Assembly: GCA_963746775.1 (NCBI GenBank)
Contig: CAVVCK010000001.1
Coordinates: 19,050-83,049, forward strand
DNA from: an uncultured bacterium
Lineage (GTDB): Bacteria > Patescibacteriota > JABMPQ01 > CAVVCK01
Direction: 5' to 3'
DNA: 64,000 bases
The notes under the pieces are model-generated. The model was not told the DNA's origin. It made no database searches and worked only from the letters and a program-made list of their open reading frames with translations. Numbering within the stretch: the first letter of the stretch is position 1; the number at the start of each line of letters is the position of its first letter. The position numbers were made by a program, and so were the translations under genes. Below, in pieces: positions 1-9,539 of the stretch.

Positions 1-1
1 T

Positions 2-787
2 GAAGATTTTGGCTATCAAACAGTTTCATTTGAAAAAGGAACAACAACAATGGATGGCGATTTAGCTTTAAAATACGCTAGATCAAGACACGGAGTCGTT
101 ACCGATGGTGAAGAAAGCGAAGGATCTGATTTTGCCAGAGCAAAAAGACAACAACAAATACTGACTTCTCTAAAAAATAAAGCATTCTCAATTTCCACCC
201 TAACAAATCCTAAAAAAATTAATGAGATACTCAATACCCTGGGTAATCACGTCAGAACCAATATAGAACCTTGGGAAATGTTAAAATTAAAAGATATTGC
301 CCAAGATGTAGATAATGAAAAAATAATAAATAAAGTTATCGATCAAGAAAGTGGCTTACTACAAGCAACCAAAGGTAGAAATAATGCTTACTTATTAATG
401 CCAAACGATAAAGAATACTCAGAGATTAAACAAGTTTTTCTTAATATTTTTAACCCTGAAGAGCTAAATAAAGAAAAAAATCAAGCTAGCGTAGCCATAT
501 TAAATGGTACCTCAATCGCAGGCTTAGCAAATAAAAATGCGAATAAATTATTAAATGAAAAATATAAAATTATTCATACTGGCAATGCCACTAATAATGA
601 TTATGAAAAAACAGTTATTTATGATCTTACAGCAGGTAAAATGCCTAGTGTATTGGCAAATTTAATAGAGAAATTCAATGCTAATCTATCTACTACTAAT
701 TTTACTGAAAATTTATCTAAAAATCCTATAAAAAACATCGAGGGAATAAACTTTATTGTTATATTAGGATCAAACTCTAATATCTAA
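2..787 (+). CDS. LytR-CpsA-Psr (LCP) family protein, C-terminal part; 5' end lies outside the window
   Basis: The reading frame is open from base 2. LCP-like motif ...RSRHG...GSDFARAKRQQQIL. The first Met at 50 is internal. Confidence 0.5.
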   Translation, partial: EDFGYQTVSFEKGTTTMDGDLALKYARSRHGVVTDGEESEGSDFARAKRQQQILTSLKNKAFSISTLTNPKKINEILNTLGNHVRTNIEPWEMLKLKDIAQDVDNEKIINKVIDQESGLLQATKGRNNAYLLMPNDKEYSEIKQVFLNIFNPEELNKEKNQASVAILNGTSIAGLANKNANKLLNEKYKIIHTGNATNNDYEKTVIYDLTAGKMPSVLANLIEKFNANLSTTNFTENLSKNPIKNIEGINFIVILGSNSNI

Positions 788-799
788 TATATTATAAAT

Positions 800-2119
800 A
801 TGAAAAATACTGTTGCTATTATAGGAAAGCCCAATACAGGAAAATCAACCCTCTTTAATAAAATATTAGGTAGAAGAGAATCTATAACCAGTAAAGATAT
901 TGGAACTACTCGCGACATAATAATTCGAGATACAGCTTGGCAAGGAGTAAATTTTCAAATATTTGATACAGGAGGAATAGATTTAAAGACAAAAACAAAC
1001 CTTGAAGAAAATATTCAGCTACAAACAAGAATTGCTATTGATAGAGCGAATGTTATTTTACTCCTTATTAATATAAAAGAAGGCATAAAATTAGAAGATA
1101 TAGAAATTATAAATAAACTAAAAAAAACTAAAAATAATATAATTTTAGTAGCTAGCAAAGCTGATACTGAATTATTACGTGAAGAATCTTTAAATTTATA
1201 TAAGCTAGGCTTAGATAAGCCATTCCCAATTTCAGCAACAAACGGATCAGGCGTTGGTGATTTGCTAGATAAAATAGTTTCTTACTTTAATAAAAATGAA
1301 CATAAAATTGAAAGTGAAAGTGGCATAAAGGTTAGTATTTTAGGAAAACCAAATGCTGGTAAATCATCTTTATTTAACGCCATATCAAAGGAAAACAAAG
1401 TAATAGTTTCTGAAGAAGAAGGTACAACTAGGGATACAATAAATACCATAATCAAATATAAAGACAATAATATTATAATTACAGATACAGCTGGACTTCG
1501 CAGAAAATCAAAAATTAAATCTGATATTGAAAAAATAAGCTCTTTTAATAGTATCCATAATATTAAAAATTCTGATATTTGTTTACTTATAACTGACGCA
1601 ACTAAAAATTTATCACATCAAGATACCAGAATTATTACAAGAATTCTAGAAAATAAAAAAAGTATAATATTAGTAGTCAATAAATGGGATAAAATAAGGA
1701 TAAATAAAACCAAAACTGAAAATAAAATCCAAATTAAAAAACATATAAAATACATTAAATCTTATTTCCCATTTGTTGATTGGGCACCCTTAATCTTTAT
1801 ATCTGCTAAGAAAAAAGAAAATATAAGCGATTTACTAGAATCAATATTACTTGTTAATAAAGAAAGGGGTAAAATAATAGATGAAAAAGAATTGGATACC
1901 CTATTTAAAACAGTCACTAGAGATTTTTACAACAAAAAAGAGAAAAAGCGTTCGAACAATTATTTTATTCAGTCTAACAGTAATCGAAAAAAATTTATTT
2001 TATATACAAAGAAAGAAAAAGAAATACCAATCGCTTATTTAAATTTTTTAGAAAAAGCTATAAGAAAAGAATTTGGTTTTATAGGAACTCCAATTGAAAT
2101 AAACATTAATAAAATATAA
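800..2119 (+). CDS. der: Ribosome-biogenesis GTPase Der (EngA), with two tandem GTPase domains
   Basis: Two G1 P-loops, GKPNTGKST and GKPNAGKSS. DTGG/DTAG and NKxD motifs are present. C-terminal KH-like domain. Confidence 0.9.
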   Translation: MKNTVAIIGKPNTGKSTLFNKILGRRESITSKDIGTTRDIIIRDTAWQGVNFQIFDTGGIDLKTKTNLEENIQLQTRIAIDRANVILLLINIKEGIKLEDIEIINKLKKTKNNIILVASKADTELLREESLNLYKLGLDKPFPISATNGSGVGDLLDKIVSYFNKNEHKIESESGIKVSILGKPNAGKSSLFNAISKENKVIVSEEEGTTRDTINTIIKYKDNNIIITDTAGLRRKSKIKSDIEKISSFNSIHNIKNSDICLLITDATKNLSHQDTRIITRILENKKSIILVVNKWDKIRINKTKTENKIQIKKHIKYIKSYFPFVDWAPLIFISAKKKENISDLLESILLVNKERGKIIDEKELDTLFKTVTRDFYNKKEKKRSNNYFIQSNSNRKKFILYTKKEKEIPIAYLNFLEKAIRKEFGFIGTPIEININKI

Positions 2120-2129
2120 CCCCCTAATT

Positions 2130-2684
2130 ATGAAACTAATAGTAGGATTAGGAAATCCTGATTTAAAATACCATACAACAAGACATAATATAGGTTTTAT
2201 GGCCCTGGATTATATTAAAAAAAGATTTAACAGTGAAGGATCTTCTTTTGAAAATTTTATTTTTGACAAGAATTCAAATGCAAAAATATCCGAAGGAGTA
2301 TTTGATTCAGAAAAATTATTATTAGTAAAACCTCAAACCTATATGAATAATTCTGGTTTTTCAGTAGAAAAACTCGTTAATTATTACAAGATTAATTTCA
2401 AAAATAATTTGATTATTATTTACGATGATATAGATTTACCTTTTGGTAATATAAAAATAAAGGGGCAAAGCTCCGGAGGACACAAAGGGATGCAGTCTAT
2501 AATTGATAATATAAAAACTGATGAAATCCCCAGAATAAGAATAGGAATTCTTAACAAAGATAAAGATAAGATCAAAGACACTGCTTCGTATGTACTACAA
2601 AATTTTAATAAATCAGAAAAAGAAAAACTAGAAAACATCTTTGAGAATGTTCTGAACTCACTTAAAAAACTTTTAAACATTTAA
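2130..2684 (+). CDS. pth: Peptidyl-tRNA hydrolase
   Basis: N-terminus LIVGLGNP...HTRHNIGF is typical of Pth. The size, 184 aa, fits. Confidence 0.9.
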   Translation: MKLIVGLGNPDLKYHTTRHNIGFMALDYIKKRFNSEGSSFENFIFDKNSNAKISEGVFDSEKLLLVKPQTYMNNSGFSVEKLVNYYKINFKNNLIIIYDDIDLPFGNIKIKGQSSGGHKGMQSIIDNIKTDEIPRIRIGILNKDKDKIKDTASYVLQNFNKSEKEKLENIFENVLNSLKKLLNI

Positions 2685-2692
2685 TATATAAA

Positions 2693-2722
2693 AACAATCC
2701 ATCAAATACGGATTGTTTTTAT
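2693..2722 (+). terminator. Rho-independent terminator after pth
   Basis: 8-bp stem aacaatcc/ggattgtt with a 9-nt loop, followed by a T-run. Confidence 0.65.
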
Positions 2723-2873
2723 AATAAAATAACACCTATTATCCTACCCGTGATTGGCCGATAAGACGTAAGGAGGGTTGTCTTACAAAACCTTTCACAG
2801 ATAGGATATTAAGTGCTATTTACTTGAGACACTTTATTATATACAATCAACCTTTAATGTCAATATTTTTTAT

Positions 2874-5800
2874 ATGCCTCTAGAAAATATATTTAGAAAT
2901 TCTTTAGAAATTATTCCGAAAAAAGAAATTAAAACAAATATAGCAAGTTTAGATGATAAATTTAAGCCTTATTTTATATTAAATTTGCTAAATTTTACTA
3001 AATGCCTTGAAAATCCTTTACTAATATTTGCCTCAGAAGAAAGCAAAATAAATCTGTTATTTAACACATTTGCTTACTGGAATAAGTTTCTGTCACAAAT
3101 TTTAAAATTTGAAACCGCTTCTATTTATAACTACACTTTTAACAAAGAACATCTAGCTACAGAAGAAAAAATAAATTTTTCTAATGCAAAAATTATAGCC
3201 AATCTCTTCTCTAGAAATAAAGGCATTTACCTCTTCCCTATTGAATCAATTACAGAAAAAACTATATCTATAAATTCCTATAACAGCAAGATTTTAAAAT
3301 TAAAAAAAAATCAAGATGTAGATCTTGATCAATTACTCAAAAACTTAGTTACTCTCGGCTATAAAACTGAAAATGGTACTTTTATTCCTGGTTATTTTGA
3401 AAAGAGAGGTGGAATAGTTAACATTTTCCCTATTAATTATAAAAATCCAATAAAATTAGATTTGTATGGAAATAAAATTGAGAATATAAAGACTTTTAAT
3501 ATTAAAAGTAAAATAACAAGTAAAAACTTAGACCTAATTAATATATACCCCGCTCAAACAAATAGTTTAGAAAATAAAAACAGTTCTCTTATTCTTGATT
3601 ATTTAAATATTTATAAACCAAATATAATTTTAGATAATCCAGATACTTTTGAAAATTATTTAGATTTTAGCCAAACTGACAGATTAGCAACTTTTAAGAA
3701 AATAACCGATGAATGTAAGAGTATAGTTTTTAATAATCTTCCCTTAAATTCTAAAAACAATCATTTTTTAAACTATCAGAAGATTACACCCTACAGGAAA
3801 AATATAGCTTTATTTAAAAATAACATAATCAAAAAACAAAAAGATAATTATCAAATTATAATTATTACTGATTTTGAAAAACAATTTAAAAATATATTTA
3901 AAAATTTAAAAAATATTTATTTTGTCAAAAAGAAAAAAGTATGTTTTGAAAATATTAATCTAGTGTCAGGCTTTGATAATAAAAAGACAAAAACTCTACT
4001 CATCTTTGATCAAGAAATTTTAGGTGAAGAAATTGATATTAAAAAAAGAAAAAAAATAGATGAAGTGTTTATTTCAGATTTAAACCCGGAAGATTTTATA
4101 GTGCATATAGATCATGGTATTGGCATATTTAAGGGCGTAATTCAGCTAAATGTAGATGAAGGTCTAAGAGAATTTCTAATAATTGAATATGCTAAAGGTG
4201 ATAAATTATATTTGCCAGCTGAATATACCGACAAGGTTAGTAAATATATAGGTGCTGGTAAGCCTAAAATAAACCGTCTTCATGAAATTTCCTGGAAAGA
4301 ACTTAGAAAGAAAGTAAAAGCAGATGCGGAAAAACAAGCAAAAGAACTATTGCAAATTTATGCACAAAGAGAAACATCTTCTGGCTTTATGTTTTCTAAA
4401 GACACCCCCGAACAAAAGTTACTAGACAGCTCATTTGAATATCAAGAAACCCCAGATCAATTAAAAATTATAAAAGAGATTAAAGCTGATATGGAAGGAG
4501 GAGATATGCTTTTTAAAGAATTTAATATTAAGAAACCAATGGACAGGCTTGTTTGCGGTGATGTTGGTTTTGGGAAAACAGAGATAGCTATACGAGTTAG
4601 TTTTAAAGCAACTCAAGACAAGAAACAAGTAGCTATACTATGCCCTACTACTATTTTAGCAGAACAACATTTTGAGACTTTCTCAAAAAGATTAAATAAT
4701 TTTCCCTGTAAAATTGGAGTATTGTCTAGATTTAAAACAAAAAAAGAACAAAAAGAAATAGTTCAGAAATTAGCTGCTGGAAAAATTGATATTATTATTG
4801 GCACTCATAGATTATTATCAAACGATATAAAATTTAGTGATTTAGGTCTAATTATAATTGACGAGGAACAAAGATTTGGCGTAAAACACAAAGAAAAATT
4901 AAAAAAATTAAGACCAAGGGTTGATATTATTACACTTAGTGCCACTCCTATTCCTCGTACTTTAAATTTAGCCTTATCAAAACTAAAAAACATAAATATT
5001 CTGGAAACTCCGCCTGAGGGAAGATTAGCGGTAGAAACTCATATTCTCCCATACGATGATAAAAAAATTATTGAGGCTATTCAATTTGAAATAAAAAGAA
5101 ATGGTCAAGTTTATTATCTCCATAATCGTGTAGCAACTATTGATGTAGAGTTAAAGAGATTAAAAAAACTAATACCTAACGCTTCCTTCGGAATAATACA
5201 TGGACAATTATCTGAAAAAGAAATAGCTAATATGATGGATAAATTTAACAGAAAAAAAGAAATTGATGTCTTAATCTGTTCTTCAATTATTGAAAATGGT
5301 CTTGATTTACCAAATGTAAACACCTTAATCGTAGATAATGCTATTATGTTTGGACTGGCAGATTTGCATCAATTAAGAGGGCGAATTGGCAGAAGTAAAA
5401 GAAAAGCTTATGCCTATTTCTTTTACAAAAGTCAAAAATTAAAGAAAAAAGCGCATCAAAGATTAGAAGCCTTGCTTTCAGCCAAAGAATTAGGGGCAGG
5501 TTTTCAAATTGCTATGCAAGATTTAGAAATAAGAGGTGCTGGAAATATCTTAGGTGAACAACAGTCGGGTAATATTAAATCAGTAGGCTTAAATCTCTAT
5601 TGCCAATTATTAAATCAGGCAGTCAAAGAACTTGAAACTGGTGAGGTAGAAGAATTAGCTCTAGATATAACTATAGATTTACCCATATCAGCCTATATCC
5701 CTAAAACTATGATTCAAGATTCCAAGAAGAGAATAAAATTATATCAAGAATTAGCCAAAATACATGATTTAAACGAATTAATAATTTCAAAAAGAAAACT

Positions 5801-6107
5801 TAATGATCAATATAAGAATAACTCCGTAGAATTTAGAAATTTATTTAAAATTTTAGAATTTAAAATTCTGGCTAAAAATGCTAATATAAAAAGTATTGAT
5901 TCCAAAAAAATAATAAAATACGGAGATGAAATCTATCGACTAACTTTAGAATTTAGTAAAATTCCACCTTTTAAAAAAATAAGAAGTTTAATAGATAGAA
6001 ATATAGATTTTACTATTGATAATAATTTATTAAAAATTGATTCTAATAACTTAGACAAAAATAATTTGTTAAGCTTATTAAAAAACATTTTAATTTCTTT
6101 AAAATAA
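2874..6107 (+). CDS. mfd: Transcription-repair coupling factor Mfd
   Basis: RecG-like SF2 helicase core: GDVGFGKTE Walker A, DEEQRFG, and TATPIPRTL motif. Central ...FIVHIDHGIGIFKG... (Mfd D4/KOW-like region). The TRG-type C-terminal region is present. Confidence 0.85.
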   Translation: MPLENIFRNSLEIIPKKEIKTNIASLDDKFKPYFILNLLNFTKCLENPLLIFASEESKINLLFNTFAYWNKFLSQILKFETASIYNYTFNKEHLATEEKINFSNAKIIANLFSRNKGIYLFPIESITEKTISINSYNSKILKLKKNQDVDLDQLLKNLVTLGYKTENGTFIPGYFEKRGGIVNIFPINYKNPIKLDLYGNKIENIKTFNIKSKITSKNLDLINIYPAQTNSLENKNSSLILDYLNIYKPNIILDNPDTFENYLDFSQTDRLATFKKITDECKSIVFNNLPLNSKNNHFLNYQKITPYRKNIALFKNNIIKKQKDNYQIIIITDFEKQFKNIFKNLKNIYFVKKKKVCFENINLVSGFDNKKTKTLLIFDQEILGEEIDIKKRKKIDEVFISDLNPEDFIVHIDHGIGIFKGVIQLNVDEGLREFLIIEYAKGDKLYLPAEYTDKVSKYIGAGKPKINRLHEISWKELRKKVKADAEKQAKELLQIYAQRETSSGFMFSKDTPEQKLLDSSFEYQETPDQLKIIKEIKADMEGGDMLFKEFNIKKPMDRLVCGDVGFGKTEIAIRVSFKATQDKKQVAILCPTTILAEQHFETFSKRLNNFPCKIGVLSRFKTKKEQKEIVQKLAAGKIDIIIGTHRLLSNDIKFSDLGLIIIDEEQRFGVKHKEKLKKLRPRVDIITLSATPIPRTLNLALSKLKNINILETPPEGRLAVETHILPYDDKKIIEAIQFEIKRNGQVYYLHNRVATIDVELKRLKKLIPNASFGIIHGQLSEKEIANMMDKFNRKKEIDVLICSSIIENGLDLPNVNTLIVDNAIMFGLADLHQLRGRIGRSKRKAYAYFFYKSQKLKKKAHQRLEALLSAKELGAGFQIAMQDLEIRGAGNILGEQQSGNIKSVGLNLYCQLLNQAVKELETGEVEELALDITIDLPISAYIPKTMIQDSKKRIKLYQELAKIHDLNELIISKRKLNDQYKNNSVEFRNLFKILEFKILAKNANIKSIDSKKIIKYGDEIYRLTLEFSKIPPFKKIRSLIDRNIDFTIDNNLLKIDSNNLDKNNLLSLLKNILISLK

Positions 6108-6112
6108 ATATA

Positions 6113-7204
6113 ATGCAGGAGGATTTAAAGTATTGGAACGCTATTAATTTAAATACTAGAATAGGTCCGGTAAAATTTAAAAAGCTTTACAATTACTTCG
6201 ATACAATGGAAGAAGTTTGGCAAACTGATTCTTTGAAACTTTTAAAATGTGGCTTAAAAGAAAAGGATATAAACTATTTTTTGGCCAAAAGACAATCAAT
6301 TGATGCAAATAGTGAATTTGAAAAATTATTAAAAGAAAATATAGAGCTTATCTCTATCAAGGACAAAAAATACCCAAAATTATTAAAAGAAATATTTGCT
6401 CCACCGCCTCTCCTTTATGTTCGAGGTAATATAGATACTAACCCTTGTATTGGAGTAGTAGGCACCAGAAAATACTCTTCTTATGGTAAACAAGTAGTTG
6501 AAAATATAGTAAAAGATTTAGCATTATCAAAAATTACTATAGTTTCTGGACTAGCCCTAGGTATAGATGCTCTAGCTCATCAGGAAACTCTTAACAATAA
6601 TGGCCAAACTTATGCTATCCTGGGATCAGGAGTGAACCAAGGAAGTATTTATCCCTCAAATAATAGAATAATCGCCGATAAGATATTAGAAAAAGGTGGA
6701 GCTATTATATCTGAATATCCCTATGGAACACCACCACTAAAACAGAATTTTCCTGCTAGAAATAGGATAATATCAGGCTTATCCCTGGCTACTTTAGTAA
6801 TTGAAGCTCCTAAAGAATCTGGTGCTCTGATCACGGCTAATTTCGCCCTTGAACAAAATAGGGATGTTTTTGCAGTACCTGGTAATATTTTCAGCAAAAA
6901 CTCTGAAGGAACAAATAATTTGATCAAGAAAGGAGCAGCTATGGTTACTTCTGCAGCTGATATTTTAGAAGAACTAAATTTAAAAGAAATAATCAATACA
7001 GGCATTAAAAAAGAAATCATGCCAGATAGCCCGGAGGAAGAAAAAATAGTCTCTTCCTTATCACAAGATCCTATCCATATCGATAAAATTGCTAAAATAA
7101 CTGGTTTAAATATAAAAAATGTATCATCTACTCTAACCATAATGGAAATAAAAGGTATGGTAAAAAATATGGGTAATATGGAATATATTTTGGTTTATAA
7201 ATAG
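6113..7204 (+). CDS. dprA: DNA-processing protein DprA (Smf)
   Basis: Rossmann-like DprA core: GVVGTRKYSSYG...SGLALGIDALAH...VIEAPKESGALITA. Has a C-terminal winged-helix-like tail. Confidence 0.85.
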   Translation: MQEDLKYWNAINLNTRIGPVKFKKLYNYFDTMEEVWQTDSLKLLKCGLKEKDINYFLAKRQSIDANSEFEKLLKENIELISIKDKKYPKLLKEIFAPPPLLYVRGNIDTNPCIGVVGTRKYSSYGKQVVENIVKDLALSKITIVSGLALGIDALAHQETLNNNGQTYAILGSGVNQGSIYPSNNRIIADKILEKGGAIISEYPYGTPPLKQNFPARNRIISGLSLATLVIEAPKESGALITANFALEQNRDVFAVPGNIFSKNSEGTNNLIKKGAAMVTSAADILEELNLKEIINTGIKKEIMPDSPEEEKIVSSLSQDPIHIDKIAKITGLNIKNVSSTLTIMEIKGMVKNMGNMEYILVYK

Positions 7205-7274
7205 CAAATTTGCATTTTATAGAATAAAAACTATAATTTAAAGTTATAGAACATAAAATTAATAAAGTTTAACT

Positions 7275-9509
7275 ATGAAATTAATTATCGTTGAATCCCC
7301 CACAAAAGCTAAAACTATATCACGCTTTTTAGGTAAAGATTATAAAGTAGAATCCTCTTATGGACATTTGCGTGATTTACCAAAAAAAGAAATAGGTGTT
7401 GATGTTGAAAATGATTTTAAACCTACTTATATTGCCATACCTAAAGCTAAAAAAAGGATAGCTGAACTTAAAAAATTAGTGAAAAACTCTACTGAAGTAA
7501 TACTTGCTTCTGATGAAGACCGGGAAGGAGAAGCTATCGCTTGGCATATTATTCACATCCTAGATCTATCAAAAAATGGTAAGAAAAAATATTCCCGTAT
7601 TGTATTCCATGAAATTACTAAAGATGCCATAGAAAAAGCTCTAGAAAACCCCAGAGACATAGATTTTAAATTAGTTAATGCCCAACAAGCCAGAAGAATT
7701 CTGGATAGACTAGTTGGTTATAAATTATCTCCTCTTCTGTGGAAAAAGGTAAAAATGGGATTATCCGCGGGAAGAGTCCAATCAGTAGCTGTAAGGTTAA
7801 TTTGCGATCGAGAAGAAGACATCAATAAATTTAAACCTCAAGAATATTGGACTATTGAAGCAGATCTAAACAAATCAGGAGAAAAAGATAAACCGTTTGT
7901 CGCCAGGCTAGCAAAGAAAGATGATAAGGCTCTATCTAAATTGGGTATAAATAATAAAAAAGAAGCTAATAAAATACTAGATGATTTAAAAAAGGCTACT
8001 TATAAAGTAGTTAATATAGAAAAGAAGGAAGTAAGAAAATCTCCCCCACCTCCTTTTATTACCAGCACCCTACAACAAGCTGCTATTAGAAATTTGGGTT
8101 TTTCTGCCAAACAGACTATGATGTTAGCCCAACAACTATATGAAGGTATTGAAATAAACGACAAGTCTGAAGGTTTAATTACTTACATGAGAACAGATTC
8201 ATATAATTTAGCTGAAACTGCTCTTAATTCCATTAAATCATTAATAGAAAAAGAATATGGTCAGAGTTATTCATTGTCTGCCCCTAGATTTTACAAGAAA
8301 AAATCAAAAAATGCTCAGGAAGCTCATGAAGCAATTAGACCAACAGATTTTGCAAAAAGTCCAGAAAGTATCAAGAGTTTTTTAGAACCAAGACAATATA
8401 GACTTTACAATTTAATCTGGAAAAGAGCTATAGCTTGCCAAATGCAAGATGCTATACTTGATTCAACCGCTATTGACATCAAGGCTAATAATTACACTTT
8501 CAGGGCTAATGGATCAATTGTTAAATTTGACGGATTTAGTAAAATTTACTCAGAAAATAAAGACATATTTAAAGAAGCTCTTCTACCTAATTTGGAATTA
8601 GATGAAATACTAGAATTAATTAAATTAAATCCAGCTCAACATTTCACAGAACCTCCAGCTAGATACTCCGAAGCATCGCTAGTAGCGGCTTTAGAAAAAT
8701 ACGGCATAGGACGCCCTTCTACTTATGCTCCTACCCTAAGTACTATCCAAGATAGAGGCTATGTAGAAAAAATAGAGAAAAAATTCCATCCCAAAGAAAT
8801 AGGTACCCTAGTAAACAAAATATTAAAAGAACATTTTCCCAATATAGTCGACATAGAATTTACCGCCCAAATGGAAGAAGATTTGGATCTAGTCGCTCAA
8901 GATAAAAAAGAATGGGTTAAAACTTTATCTGATTTTTATAATCCTTTTATAAAAAATATCAAAAAGAAAGAGAAAGAATTATCCAAGAAAAAATTAACTG
9001 AAGAAAAAACCGATAAAAAATGCCCTAAATGCGGAAAACCAGTAGTCATTAAATTAGGAAGATTTGGAAAATTTTATGCTTGTTCTAACTACCCCGATTG
9101 TAAACATACAGAGCCATTAGAAGAAGAAAAGAAGGAGAAAGAAAAGATAAATGAAAAATGCGAAAAATGCGGAAGCCCGATGGAATTAAAAATAGGAAGA
9201 TTTGGAAAATTCTTAGCTTGTTCAAAATATCCAGATTGCAAAAACACTAAACCTTTTACTGTATCTTTAAATGTAAAATGTCCTAAATGTAAAATTGGTG
9301 AAATTGTTGAAAAAAGAACTAAAAAAGGGAGAAACTTCTATGCTTGTAATAAATATCCAGACTGTGATTTTGCTATGTGGCAAAAACCTTCTGGTAAAAA
9401 ATGTCCAAAATGTGATAGTCTTTTAATATACGCTGGTAAAAATAAAATTAAATGTAGTAAAAAAGAATGTGGTTATGAAGAAGAAAATAACGATAATGAT
9501 AAAACATAA
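7275..9509 (+). CDS. topA: DNA topoisomerase I with C-terminal tandem zinc ribbons
   Basis: TOPRIM N-terminus MKLIIVESPTKAKTI, with EGEAIAWH. Active-site region ITYMRTDS. Four C-terminal C-x2-C...C-x2-C zinc-ribbon repeats. Confidence 0.9.
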   Translation: MKLIIVESPTKAKTISRFLGKDYKVESSYGHLRDLPKKEIGVDVENDFKPTYIAIPKAKKRIAELKKLVKNSTEVILASDEDREGEAIAWHIIHILDLSKNGKKKYSRIVFHEITKDAIEKALENPRDIDFKLVNAQQARRILDRLVGYKLSPLLWKKVKMGLSAGRVQSVAVRLICDREEDINKFKPQEYWTIEADLNKSGEKDKPFVARLAKKDDKALSKLGINNKKEANKILDDLKKATYKVVNIEKKEVRKSPPPPFITSTLQQAAIRNLGFSAKQTMMLAQQLYEGIEINDKSEGLITYMRTDSYNLAETALNSIKSLIEKEYGQSYSLSAPRFYKKKSKNAQEAHEAIRPTDFAKSPESIKSFLEPRQYRLYNLIWKRAIACQMQDAILDSTAIDIKANNYTFRANGSIVKFDGFSKIYSENKDIFKEALLPNLELDEILELIKLNPAQHFTEPPARYSEASLVAALEKYGIGRPSTYAPTLSTIQDRGYVEKIEKKFHPKEIGTLVNKILKEHFPNIVDIEFTAQMEEDLDLVAQDKKEWVKTLSDFYNPFIKNIKKKEKELSKKKLTEEKTDKKCPKCGKPVVIKLGRFGKFYACSNYPDCKHTEPLEEEKKEKEKINEKCEKCGSPMELKIGRFGKFLACSKYPDCKNTKPFTVSLNVKCPKCKIGEIVEKRTKKGRNFYACNKYPDCDFAMWQKPSGKKCPKCDSLLIYAGKNKIKCSKKECGYEEENNDNDKT

Positions 9510-9539
9510 TTTCAAAAATTATATTATAATTCTTAACTA

